Assembly (NCBI RefSeq): GCF_036321535.1
Contig: NC_087438.1
Coordinates: 7,194,001-7,258,000, forward strand
From: Camelus dromedarius
Lineage: Eukaryota
DNA length: 64,000 nucleotides
Reading direction: 5' to 3'
Below are positions 26,066 through 38,897 of this stretch, one piece after another (the first letter of the stretch is position 1; each line of letters opens with the position of its first letter). Below the pieces are notes generated by a model that saw only the letters and a list, made by a program, of their open reading frames with translations, was not told the origin of the DNA and made no database searches. A program made the position numbers and the translations under genes.

Positions 26066-27586
26066 AAAGAACATGCCTTTCACAAGCAAACCAACTACCC
26101 CAGAGCCCACACCCCAACCACCTGCTCTATCGGGCTCTGACACTCTGGGCCACTGTCTACCTGCACTAATCACCATATGGCCAGGTACCAGACAACTGGA
26201 GATAGTCCCTACGCCCCAGGACCCACCACAATTATCCAGACCAGCCAATTCTAAGCCAGCTTTCCCTGCCTTGTCTGTTCCTTCCCATAGAAACCACAAT
26301 AAAGGCTCCTGTCCACATGTTCCCCTCAGTCCTTCTGTCTCCTGACTGATCCAAGTGCTTCCCCATGTAGCCCACCTGTGGTGTGGTGTGGTATGGTGTG
26401 GTTTGATGAACTCCCTTCTCTTAGGACGTATGTGTATAAAACATATATTTTTTAAATGATAGTCATCTGACTTACTAGACTTGACATACCTAAATAATAA
26501 TAAAACCTACATTTAAAATAGAATAATTTGGGCTAATTTGTTATGCAGCACTAGATAACTAATAACTTAAATATATACATACATATAATATTTTCCTTCA
26601 TACACAATGACATCTTAACATCTAAAAAAATTAACAATTATTTCTTCATATTATCTAATACTTCGACCAACTTATAAATGTCCTCCATTCCCTAAAAATG
26701 TCTTTACAACTGGTTTGTTGGAGAACAGGATCTAAACAAGGTCCATATATTGCATTTGATGTTATGTTTTTCAAGTCTGTTTTCAAAGTAGGATTTTTTA
26801 AAAGGCAAAACCTGAGTCTCCTATAAACATAAGGATCTAGATATTAAATATTTAATTAACACAGTAATGAGGGAAGAAACAAGATGGCTGGTTAAAAGAA
26901 ACTTTGAGAAACTGAGTATTTATAGGCATTAGAAAATGATTGCTAAGTTAGATTTTTAAAAAACTAGTTAATAACCTCCAAGAAAATAAAACTTATAATC
27001 AAAACCTTTTTGATGATCTTTGCTACCAGGCAGAAATCATTTGCATCTTTACCAGACAAAATTAATCTCAGTTGCTAGCAGATAAGAATCATTTGCATCA
27101 CTATCTGTTTTGTATATGATATCACCTTTTCTCATGGAGTTGTAAAGCATTTTAATTAATCTTAAATAGCCTGAAATGAAGGAGCATACATGGTCATAGC
27201 ATGTTAGACAAAGCCCCAGCATGATACTGAAAAAACAGGCCACTAAGTCATCCCTTTTCTATTTCCAAGTTTTGAGATTCTCTTTTTTCTTAACATTCTT
27301 TTATCCAGAATAGTCTCGCCATTGGATTGTAATCCCATATGCTGACTTTATCTGCTTGCTTCTAATGTACTTCAATAAAACGTGACTTTTAGATCAATAT
27401 CTAGTTGCTAAAAATAACACCACATGTTATCAAATGGATGAAATGTTTTGGTGTCACTCAGTTATTAAATCATTACGGGATGTTGAAATAATGTTTATTA
27501 ACTTATTTTATCATTAATCTCAGATTCTAATATGCAGGATTTCCTTTGGGTACTCTAAAGTAGAGGAGGTAGGCTTGTTTTGAAAG

Positions 27587-28150
27587 TGTTACCCACAAAC
27601 TGGGTTCTTCTCTTGGAAAATGTCAAGTCAAAAGACACAACCAAGCCAAGGAGCAGGGAAGCATAGGATTTATCATTTGCAGCAAGTAAGAAGAACATGG
27701 GGATACTGCCCAAAGCAATGTCTCCCTGAACAGCAACATTGGGGAAGTTTTAAGCCAAGGGTGTATGCATATTCATGAAGGAGCTTGGGTGGTGTGTGCA
27801 TATTCATGAAGGGGCTTGAGCAGGGGAGAATTCAGCATAGAACTGGGGCAAAGATTGACAGAGTCCAGGCTCTAGTTGATTCAGTCTTGAAGGTCAGCAG
27901 AGGTCAGCATCATCATTCCCTAGGTTCCAGTTAGTCTGGTGGTGGAGTGCTGGAGGGGGTCTGGATCCTGCAAGAGGGCTCAAGAATGTGTGTTATGACT
28001 AATCTTTATCTTCGAACAGAACCGGGAGTCTTTACCACTGATGCATTGTTTCCAATATGATGGAGTGAATTCCCTGGCCTCCTCGGAGCAGACATTAGCC
28101 AGGCTTAGATCACAAAATGGCTTAGGCTTCGACTGGCTTCTCTTATGGTA
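27587..28150 (-). mobile_element. ERV LTR-like element
   Basis: tgttacccacaaactgggttc...ggatttatcatttgcagcaagtaag, with internal duplicated tgcatattcatgaagg motifs. Confidence 0.55.
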
Positions 28151-29051
28151 GAAACCTAAGTCTGGTTCTTTTCCTCCGGATGCCCTCTCCTTCTGCCTAC
28201 AACGGCATCATCCTGAGATCTTTTGTTTGTTGACATCAAACACAGTACTCCCTTCCTTTTCTTCCAGGCTTCTTGGTGGTTTTCCTGAAATCCTAGGCTG
28301 GAAGTCTGAGGGGCTCTCCTTCTCCACCTGCATCTCTCCACCCTTCTTCCTTCTGAGACTTTCACTGAAGGCCCTGGAATTTCTTCTTTTTGTAAGTTAC
28401 ACTAGCTTTTCTCCTTGACACCCATTTCTGATTTGCTCTGCTTCTCCTACGTTCTTGAGTGTCTTCAAAGTGGCCTTGTTGCCTGGTTTAGCAGAGGGAG
28501 CCCCACAATATATGTCAGGTATTTCTTCCTGTGTCTTCTTCAGAAGAGAGTTCCTTGAAGCTAATGTGGTACCCACTTGCCAGGAATATGAGACAAAGGA
28601 AAAGCGTTTATTTAAAAGTAGATGTTCCCATTTTCCTTCTGGGCAAACCAAGGATGACAATCTAATTCCTCAGCCTTGAATCTGACCTCACCCCTAATTT
28701 GACACCAAACTATCCTAATATATTTATCTAATTTTATTGTGAAAATTTTTGAAAGTATGAAAAAATCAAGAATTAATATAAGGAATACATTTATACTCTA
28801 CTAAGATTCAAGTGCTAATATTTTGTCTCATTTGTTTTATCTCTTTTTATTCTGACCTGTTTAAAACTAAGTTGCAGACATCATGACATGTCATCGCTCA
28901 ATACTCTTGTGTGCTCCTCTAACAATAAAAACCTTCTTCCACATCACCACAATGCCACTGTCACAGCTATGGAAAGTGTTAATAACTCCCTAATTCATCT
29001 AATATTTATTTCATATTCAAGTTTTTCCAATTGTCCTCAAAATGGCCTATA

Positions 29052-29079
29052 TGGCTGGCTGGCTGGCTGGCTTTCTTTT

Positions 29080-29175
<96 letters not shown>

Positions 29176-29177
29176 TC
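29052..29177. repeat. Compound (TGGC)n-(TTTC)n microsatellite
   Basis: Direct read; ~105 bp of TTTC units after five TGGC units. Confidence 0.95.
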
Positions 29178-32100
29178 AATCTGTAAATGTCTGTTAGATC
29201 AAATTTGTTGATAATGCTATTTAAATCGTCTATACCTTTACTAATTTTTGTTTACTTTGTCTTATCAGTAAATAAACATCCTGAGAGAGCAATGTTCATC
29301 TAAATCTCACCACCTATAATTGTAGACTTGTTTATTTCTCCTTTCAGTCCTGTCAATGTTTCCTTCTTGTATTTGAAGCTCTTTTCAAGAGATGCACACA
29401 CACTTAGGATTTTTATATTTTTCTATTGAGAATCTTTTTATCATAATAAAATAGTTCCCTTTACCTCTGACAATATTCTTTGTCCTGAAGTCTACTTGAG
29501 TAATGCTAACACACTTACATGACTTTTGAAAAAAATCTAGGATCCAATCAAGATTCACATAGTGCTTTTGGTTTCTTTATCTCTTTTAAACTAAAATAAC
29601 CCCAGCAATGATTTTTAAATATGTTCACAAATTGTTGAATTCTCCCATGTCAAGTGGTGGAACCTCCCTTTGAGTGTGGGCTGTACTTACTGACTCACTT
29701 TCAATAAAGAGAATGTGGCAAAAGTTACAGCTTGTGCCTTCTGAGACCAGGTCACACAAGGCATGGTGGCTTTCTCCTAGCTTTCTCTTGGACCACTGTG
29801 TGAATTACTGTTCATGGTTGTTTAAGTAGCTCAGTTCTGGGGTAATTTGTTACTCAGCAATAGCTAACTGATACAGTGCCCATTTAATTACACTCCCCTG
29901 TATTTCCTGTGAACTCGAAGGTAAGTTTAGAGGGTTGATGAAATTCAACATTTTTGACAAGAGTGTTTATAGGTTGTTTGAAGAACTTCATGTTCTAGTT
30001 CATCAGCAGGTACATAATGTTAGATGTTCCACCATGAGTGGTGTTATATTTGATTACTTGGTTCCTTTACTGAAACTCTTGTACCATGTGGTACAACTTA
30101 GCCTGGGAAAAAGTCTGTATTTGATTAGAGATCACAGTATGTGGAATCAAAAGATCTAGGACTCCAGTCCTGATGCTATCCACAGTTTCAGCTTCCTGCC
30201 CTTGGGTGAGTTGTTTCTCAATGTGCGGATTTTTGACAGCAGGGTGGGGTGGGAGTGGGGCTGGCACCCCTAACCTCCTCATATTTCAGGGGTCAGTTGT
30301 ATTGCATTGCTGACAGAACTGTTGTAGGAAGGCCACACAAGATTGTCAGGCAGTGAGAAGAAGCATGGAACTCAAAACACTCCTTCTCAGAACACCGATT
30401 CCTTGACCTTTTTCTTGTCTCCCATATCTTTCCCCACAGCCCAGGACATCCTTACTTTTTACCCCACAGATGTTTTAAGCTCTTAGCCTTCGACGATGCA
30501 GATTTGAGACTTGTTCTCCAGTCTCCTCGCTTGACTGTCTTCTAAATAAACCTTTCTTTGCTGCAAACCTCCACATCTCAGCCTCTGTCTCCACATCTGG
30601 CAAATGAACCTCGTATCTGGCGATAGATTTTAATTTAAATTCCTGCAAGAGAGAAAGGTCATGATGTCAGGGTGAGAAACGCAGTGTCTACTAGTGCGGT
30701 GAGAGCTGCTGTGAAGGAGGTATCAGCATGGAAAGAGGGCAGAAAGAGCACGATTTTGCTAATTCAAAGCCAAATGCACAGAGGGCAGTTTCCAACTCCT
30801 TTGAGTTGGAAGTCAGCAAAGCACTGGCCAAGACAAATGAGAGGGCATCATGATACCCATTTATCAGTGTATTTTTCTTTCCCCTAACTAGCTCTTAGCC
30901 TGAATAATAAAACTTAATTTTAAAATATGGATAAACATGATTAGATTTTGGCATTCAAACCTAAATTCACAGGCTTTTTTGAGCAACTCTGCTTTCTTTC
31001 TTTCAAAGGTGAAAATTCTGCCTTACCATTCTGGAAAGTGGGGAAACATCTCATTTTTAGGAGTGAGGTCTGTTTTTATAGGAAAAGGACACCATTCTAT
31101 CACCATTTAGGATACCAGTGGTATTAGTTATCTCTTGTGCATAACGAATGTCCCTAAAACTTGGGGGCTTAAAGCAACGAGATACTGTTTTTCCAGTTTC
31201 TGCTGGTCTACCCGGGGTCAGACCGCTGGTGGAGATGCTGAGTAGAAGATGGCCTCATTCACATCCTGGGGCCTTGGCTGGGCTGCTGGTGGGGCTTCTC
31301 TCTCCACACAGACTCTGGCTGTTCCAAGACATTGAAAATGGAATTTACAATACCTCTTAAGGCCTAGTGTCCAAGGTTGCACAATGTCACTTCTGGCGCA
31401 TTTTATCCACCAAAGCAAGTCAAGAGGTCAGCGCAGAGTCAAGGGGTGGAGAATGAGGTCCCACCTCTTGATTTAGGGAAGAGCAGCAAAGTCACGCTGC
31501 AAAGGGGCGAGGACGCAGGACACCGTTTGTGGGGGCCATGACCATCACAATGCACCGCACTATTGTTAATAACTTTTAAAGCTCATATAAACATTAATTA
31601 AATTAGCTCTTGGTTCTGAAACTAAACTGGATGAAATTAGACAAAAGATCTATTTTGGATCAGAAACTTGCGTTCATTGCAGCTTTGATGTAGTTAATCT
31701 TTATTGAAAACTATCAGGAACCACTTATAGATGAGTCAGAGAAATCTGACCCTGTGGTTTTTACGGGTATTTTAACCATCAACTAAGAGAAGAGTAATGC
31801 AAATCCATTAGCTATTTTTAAAACCACTGTTATTATTTAATTGTATGTCAAATCCCTTAGGTTTCCTGAGGCCTAAACATTTCATAATGTTGTAGAATTC
31901 TGAAATGATCCAATTCCCAAGAGGCTGCAGACAAAGCTGAACATAAATGTGAACTGCGGGGAAGGTCCCCAGAGTAGAACGCACAGAGGCAGCCAGGATA
32001 GCCCTTGTACACGCAGCTCAGAACTTGGCTCTCTTGTCATTGCAGGCTGCCAAGCCTGTCACACTCTGGCAATATGGAACAATGCCTGGATGGGAACCAG

Positions 32101-33849
32101 GGCCACTCCGACATCTGACCACCTCTGCAGTCTGGGCTAATTCCAAGAATTCCTTGGGAAGACGGTGACATGAAAAAATACCAAAGTCTGAAACTGCCCC
32201 CACACCTGCCCCAATTATCCATGCTTTTGAAATTCATCATGCTCTTTTTCACTTCAGAGCCTTTGCACTAGCAGTCCTCCCTGACCTTGAACTTGATTCC
32301 TCAAGGGCAAGTAAGGAATGTGCTGTGAATTGAAGCAAGAGCTTCAGCATCCTGGAAGCTCTTTGGCTTGCTCCTCTGTTGCCCTTAGCCCAGATTTTCT
32401 GTCTCCAACCATCTTTACGGAATGTTTTTTTCTCTGAAACCTTGAGTCAAGGGCCCTTTCTGCAACACCCCCCAACCTGTGCCAGAGCCCAGGGTCTTAA
32501 TGCTCGAGGAGAAATGACACCACCCTGGGAACAGGTCCTACAGAGACACTGGGTGGCTGGAATTCTGAGTTCTTACAGAACAGAGGATGGAGGGAAGAGG
32601 CACAGGAACAGAGAAACAAGAAAAAAAGGAAGAAAAAATCAGCTTCTTGGAGATAAGTAACTCCTTTTCACACTTCTGCTGACTGAGGGTGGCCCTTAAG
32701 TAGCCATCTGGGAAGAGCTTGGAGAGGTTGCAAATGTGGGGCTGGGTGTGGGGTTGGGGTGATGTATGCCGCATAAGAGGGCACCCTGTGTACTGGGCTA
32801 CCATTACAGACTGGGCACCCCCACCCCACCCCTACTCCACAGAGATGGAGAGTGAAGGCTTTGTCCTGAACCAAAAGAATCTGAGTTTTCATGTGAAGCT
32901 ATTTCCTTATTGTAGCTCAGTTGGAAGAAACACACAGGTAAACCTTCAGCAGCTGGATATGCCCTGGGTGCTACCAATGTTACTGCCATTCTTTCTCCCT
33001 GGGAAAAAATGACTAAAATGTTTCTGACTCCAGGGGGCTCTCCATCTCCCTCACTACCTCTCGCTTTTCATGGTCCTGTGATTGTTCCCCACCTGCCTCC
33101 TCCACGCTTTCCCCACCTTCTTTTCTGGCTCTTTGCCTCCAGGTTTTCCAGTCTCTCTTCTGGTGGTAGCCTCCACCCAAACCTCCATCTTCAGGCCTCC
33201 CTGCCTCCCCTCTTTCAAGGGCATGGCTCCAATACACGGGCTGACCAACCTGCCCAGCCGCAAGTCCTGGGGTGGCTGCCAGGGACTAAAGGGTCAAGTC
33301 CAGACTTCCTAGCATGGCATCGAAGTCCAGCTTCAGTTTGTTCTCAGGCCTGTCTCCCCCAATCCTGTTCCCCTGCCACCACTGCCAAGTGATCAGGCAT
33401 TCACATGGCTGGCCTTGAACCCATGCTGATCCCCCCTGCTGGCTGCTGCAAATTCTCTTGGAGGTGGAGGCAAATATTATTTCAGCTGCAAAGCCGCGCT
33501 CTCTGCAAGAGCTCACCAGAATCCCCACTGCAACCGGCCCCTGCTGTGGACTTCTGCCCTCTCTGTGAAAGGGTTAGTGCTGGGAGCTGGGATGTCTGTG
33601 TCCCTCTCACCAGCAGGAGGATGTCCTCACTGGACCGAGCCCTCCTTGAACTTTGTCTTATTCCTCTCAATATAGCGAGGAATTCCTCTCTTAGGTCACC
33701 GTATAGCAGGCTTTCTGTATAAAAGATTCTCTGTCAACACCTGGGAGGTAATGTATCCTGGGCTTCAGCAGATCTATTCAATTGCTTTTTGAACTGGTCC
33801 CGTCTCCGTCTTCCCCAGATATCTCAGATTAGGTCTTGGACGGTTCCTT

Positions 33850-34430
33850 GAACTGTTAGAGTTACCATATAGTCCAGTAATCCACTCCCAGGAATATAGC
33901 CAAGAGAATTGAAAACATATGTCCACACAGAAACTTATACATAAATGTTCATAGCAGCATTGTTCATACCAGCCAAAAAGTGGGAACAATCCAAGGGTCT
34001 ATCAGCTAATGAACAGAGAAATAAAATGTGTTGTATCCACACAATGGAATATTATTCGGTGATAAAAAGAAATGACGGTACCAACGCATGCTAAAATATA
34101 GACGGACCTAGATACCGTGCTAAGTGACAGACGCCAGCCGCGAAAGCCCACGTGATACACGAATTCCTTCACATGAAACGTCCAAAATAGTCAAATCTCT
34201 AGAGACACAAAGTAGATTAGAGGTTGCCAGGAGCTGAGGGGAGGGGAGAGGAGAAGTGGAGAGCAACTGCTAATGTGTTTAGATTTCTTTTTACAGAAAG
34301 GAAAACGGTCCAAAATTGATTGCGGTGAGGATTGCACCACCCCGTGAATGTAAAAACCACTGAATTGCACATTGGATGAATGGTATGGTTTATGCGAGTT
34401 AGATCTCAATAAAGAGGTTAAAAATGGAGC
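33850..34430 (+). mobile_element. L1 (L1MB-like) 3' fragment
   Basis: ccagtaatccactcccagg...aatgttcatagcagcattg...acaatggaatattattc...agatctcaataaa. Confidence 0.8.
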
Positions 34431-34559
34431 ACTGAGGATTATTCTCAGAGGAATGTACACCGTGTATCTTTTCTGTTCGAAGTGCAAGAAAATCGCCTCA
34501 GAAACAGCCTCTGGCTTTGGTCTTTATCACTTTTTCTTCAAGTCTCCGTTTTCCCTTCT

Positions 34560-35560
34560 CCCTCTTGCCGCCCGGATGGGTGGGGTAGGGTTGGGGACAA
34601 CAGAGGGTGGGCGAGGCGCCTCTAGCCGCGCCCCCAGGGGGCGGGCTGCCCGCCAGGCCGGCCTGCGGGCGCGCACGTGGTGCCGGGAGGGTCACCCGCC
34701 CAGCCTGCCCAATGCAGGGACCCTCCACCCCCGCCCAGCCCCAGGGGCCGTGGTCCTGGGGAAAGTGGGGCACGCGGCACTAACCAAGGTTTTGGGCCCA
34801 AGCGCATCCCAGGCACCCTGGAGACCCCGAAACCAACCACAACCCGTCTGGCAGCCGAGAGAACGGGCTTTTCAAAGGGCCCGGGTGGCGGCGGCACCGC
34901 TGGATTGTCCCCCCCAGGGAGGCTGCCGACCTCAGGCAGCGGGGGGAGAAAGGAGAACTGCGGGCGCCGGCGGGACAGAGAGGCCTGGTGTCCTTGGGTG
35001 GGCGCGATGTCCCCCGAGGGTCGGGGGCGGGAGGGCGGACCTGGTCACTGGCGCCGAGTCAGCAGAACCCGTCCTGACTCTCCCAGCGAGACCTGGCTCC
35101 GAATCAAAGGGACGGCAGGGGACGGGAGGTTGGTCAAAAGGCAATGTTTGTATTAGGGAGAAAGGCAAATAGGAGCGTGGAGCGGTGGGGTTTGGGGGTC
35201 GCGGAGAAAGCAGAAGCGCGGCGGCCAGGAGCCAGTGCGGGGGCGGGGGCGCCGGGGTCACGCGGCACCCTGCCCGGCCGTGTGGGCACCGTGCACAGGA
35301 CAGGCCGGGCCCCCGCGAGCAAGCGGAGGGGGTGCGAAGGGAGACAGCGGTGTAGACGCTTCGTGCGTCAGATGCACGGAGACGGGTTAAACATCACCCC
35401 CGTGTACTTGCAATCCAGCCACGCAAATGGACACCGCGTCCCAGGCGCCCCACAGTCTCCTGAGTCTGCCTCTAAAATGCGTGACAGCTGGAGGAATCTC
35501 AGAGACAGAAAAGAGAGGACGTCACGCCTGGGGAGCTGGGGGTTGGAAGGAGAGCCGGAG
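34560..35560. promoter_or_regulatory. Orphan intergenic CpG island
   Basis: About 1 kb of GC- and CpG-rich, non-repetitive sequence with no recognisable coding exon. CTCF-like CCCCCAGGGGGCGG at 34631-34644; E-box CACGTG at 34674-34679. Confidence 0.7.
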
Positions 35561-35794
35561 CCATTCACCTGGGCGGGGGCCCTGGAACTTCGCCTTTGGG
35601 GCCTGCTCACAAGCTTCTGTCTCTGCTACCCTCCGGCCGAAGTGACAGGATGCTTCAGGAGCTGGTGGTAGATGCCATCTAGAGTTGCAGGGATGAGCAA
35701 GAGGGCAACTGTCCATTTGACCCTTCTTTCTTGTAACTAGTTTTTCATTGCCATAATAATTTACATTCATTATTTAACAATATATAAAATACGT

Positions 35795-36297
35795 TGAATA
35801 GAATAATGGCCTTCCGAAGATATTCACCTCCTAATTCCCAGAACCTGTAAATACGTTAAAGGCCAAAAAAAAAAAAAAAAAAAAAAGGCAGGAAGAAAGA
35901 AAGAAAGAAGTAAAGGACTTTGCATAGATGATTAAGTTAAGGAATTTGCGATGGGTGATTAGGCTGGATTATCCAGAGGGCACAGTGTAATTACGGGGGT
36001 CCCTAGAAGAGAGAAGCTGAAGAGTTAGAGTCAGAGGAAATGTGAGGACAGAAGCAGAGATTGGAATGATGCAATTGCTGGCTTTGAAGGTGGAGGAAGG
36101 AAACAGCTGGGAGAACGAACAGCTTCTAGAAGGTGGAAAAGGCAAGGAGATAGGTTCTCCTCTAGAGCCTCCAGGAGGAATCAGGCCCATGAAACAAACC
36201 TATTTCAGACTTTTGACCCCCAAACTGTAAGATCATAAACATGTATTGTTTTAAGCCACCACGTTTGTGGTAATTTGCTACAGCAGCCAGGGGACAT
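35795..36297 (+). mobile_element. MLT1 (MaLR) LTR
   Basis: gaataatggcc..gatattcacctcctaattcccagaacctgt...ttctcctctagagcctccag...gtggtaatttgctacagcagcc. Confidence 0.8.
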
Positions 36298-37655
36298 GGA
36301 TACACATATCCTAAAAATGAAGAAAATGAGCCCCCCGTAATCCACTCCCAGGATGAACTTGTGATTTTTAGTATCTAACTTCGCAGTCAACTGAGAACCG
36401 GAATTCATGTGAGAAGGCATTTGTAAAGGCTGAAGTGCCACACAGCTAATGCTGGCGTGGCCAATTCTACCTGCTAAGAGGGACTTGATGCTCACCTAGT
36501 GCCCAGATCTGGGGGTTCCGAGTACCATTCTCCACTAAAAGGAACCAGAGCTCCATGGAGAAATGACCAATTTCAGGATTCAGGTAGGAAAAAGACAACA
36601 TGTGCCCCAAACCTATTATTCTGCCAGACAGTGAGGAAGTGCTCAAAGAAAGGAGCATCTCAAAAGGACCAAAGATCGTTAACTTGCATAGGCTCCCATT
36701 GGACAAATCTGAGATAATGATGTTACTTAATTATAATTATTCTTACTTGATGCTATTAGAATCATAGCCTGAAGGAAGAATCCACAAGTGCATGCAGATA
36801 TAATTATATACATAAATAAATATACAGGGAGACAGGAAAGGTCTTCTTTACAGTAGAATATCAACCAATGAATGTAGAAGGAATAATGGAATTAGAAAAT
36901 GCTGTTTGGAGCCACCAGAGTAATAATCATGTATAATAATTGAGTCAGGGAGAATTATCAATGGATGCTAAAACGGTGGGTGAAACTTTAATGAGAAACA
37001 GGATTTGCATATGGTCTCGAACTCTTTCTGCACAGAACACCAACTACAAAAGGGAAAATAGTAACTTGGCCACCATCTTAACCAAGGGATCAAAGTTAAT
37101 GTCACCGTAACGGGGCAAGTTGACAATATGTGGCTCTAACATGATGCAATGGAAGGGCACAACATCGCTTTGATGCTGCTCCAGCCTCAGTTGCATCACC
37201 TGAATTTCACGGTGAGGGAGTATCAAACAAATCAAACTGAAAGACATTTCACAAAATAACTGGCCTGCATCCTACAAAAAAGTCCATCTCATGAGCAACA
37301 AAGACTAAGGATTTGTTCTTTACTGAAGGGAACTAAAGAGATGTGACAACTAAATGCAATATGGATTCTGGATTGGATTCTGGACCAGGAAAAAATATTT
37401 TTTCCTCCTTTCCTTATAAAGGAACTTAGTCATGCTACAGCATGGATGAAACTTGGGGAAAATGAAATTACCCAGTCAAAAAGGAAACATATTGTGTGAT
37501 TCTACTTTTATGAAGTACCTGAATAGTCAAATTCATAGAGACAGAAAAAATAGTGGTTATGGGGGCTGAGGGGGAGGAGGAATGCAGAATTATTGCTTAA
37601 TGAGTACAGACTTTCAGTCTGAGATTATGAGAATCAACTAGAAATGGATAGTGGT

Positions 37656-38897
37656 TGCTGTGGACTGAATGGTGTGTCCCCCCAAATTCACATATTAAAA
37701 CCTCATCCTGAAATGCAAATCAAACCTGTAATATGGTATCACCTCACACTAATCAGAATGGCCATCATTCAAAAGTCCACAAACGATAAATGCTGGAGAG
37801 GGGGTGGAGAAAAGGGAACCCTCCTACACTGCTGGTGGGAATGTAGTTTGGTGTAGCCATTGTGGAAAACAGTATGGACAGTCTTCAAAAACTAAAAATA
37901 GACTTACCCTATGATCCAGCAATCCCACTCCTGGGCATATATCTGAAGGGAACTCTAATGTGAAAAGATACATGCACCCCAATTTTCATGGCAGCACTGT
38001 GTACAATAGCCAAGACATGGAAGCAAACTAAATATCCATCAACAGATGACAGGATAAAGGTGTGGTATATTTGTACAATGGAATACTAATCAGCCATAAA
38101 AAAAGAATAAAATAATGCCATTTGCAGCAACATGGATGGACCTAGAGATGGTCATTCTAAGTGAAGTAAGCCAGAAAGAGAAAGAAAAATACCATATGAT
38201 ATCACTCATATGTAGACTCTAAAAAGAAAAAGAAAGAAGACCAAGGACACTATGAACTCATCTACAAAACAGAAACAGACCAGCAGACATAGTAAACAAT
38301 CTTTTGGTTACTGGGGAAAGGGGGTGGGAAGGGATACATTTGGAAGTTTAAGATTTACAAATGTTAGCCACTGTATATAAAAATAGATTTAAAAAAATTT
38401 TTCTGCTGTATAGCACAGGGAGCTATGTTTAATATCTTGTAATAACCTTTAATGAAAAAGAATATTAAAATGAATATATGTATGTATATGCATGACTGGG
38501 ACACTGTGCTGTACACCAGAAATTGACACATTGTAACTGACTGTACTTCAATTAAAAACCAAAAAAAACGAGATATCTATGGAGGAAAAAAAAAAACCTC
38601 ATCCTAATGTCATGATATTTGGAGATGGGGCCTTTGAGGGGTGGTTAGGTTATGAGAGGGGTTAGTGTTCTTATAGAAGAGACCCCAGAGAGCTCTCAGC
38701 TCCCTCCAACCTAAGAGGACACAGTGAGGAGATGGCTGTCTGTGAAACAGAAAGCAGGTTCTTACCAGACATCTAATCTGCCAGCTCCTTGATCTTGGAC
38801 TTCCAGCATGCTAGAATGGTGAGAAGTAAATTTCTGTTTACAGCCACCCAGCCAGCCTATGGTATTTTTGTTATAGCGTCCCATAAGGACTAAGACA
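37656..38897 (+). mobile_element. MLT1 LTR split by a young L1, nested in older L1s
   Basis: TG start at 37656 and ...gactaagaCA end at 38897; 5-bp TSD gtggt at 37651-37655 and 38898-38902. Confidence 0.85.
37710..38592 (+). mobile_element. Young 5'-truncated L1
   Basis: ORF2 C-terminal peptide [31 protein letters not shown]; 3' UTR like that of the 21143-21706 copy; 13-bp TSD aaaacctcatcct at 37697-37709 and 38593-38605. Confidence 0.9.

Larger units (their letters stand above)
21775..26563 (+). mobile_element. MaLR (MLT1) LTR-internal-LTR relic carrying several later insertions
   Basis: LTR-like 21775-~22250; MLT1-int-like ~22260-24295 (aaaatgtggaaatggctttggccctgggcggtggg); second LTR from ~24297 ending taatttgttatgcagcactagataactaata at ~26563; younger MLT1 LTRs at ~22868-23210 and ~23742-24090. 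Confidence 0.6.

Noticed and set aside
28888..29211. 107-aa ORF with FLSF repeats resembling a membrane protein
   Set aside because: Translation of the (TTTC)n microsatellite
34372..35671. 266-, 175- and 159-aa ORFs across the orphan island
   Set aside because: GC-composition artefacts; the 266-aa ORF starts in an L1 relic and no domain is recognisable
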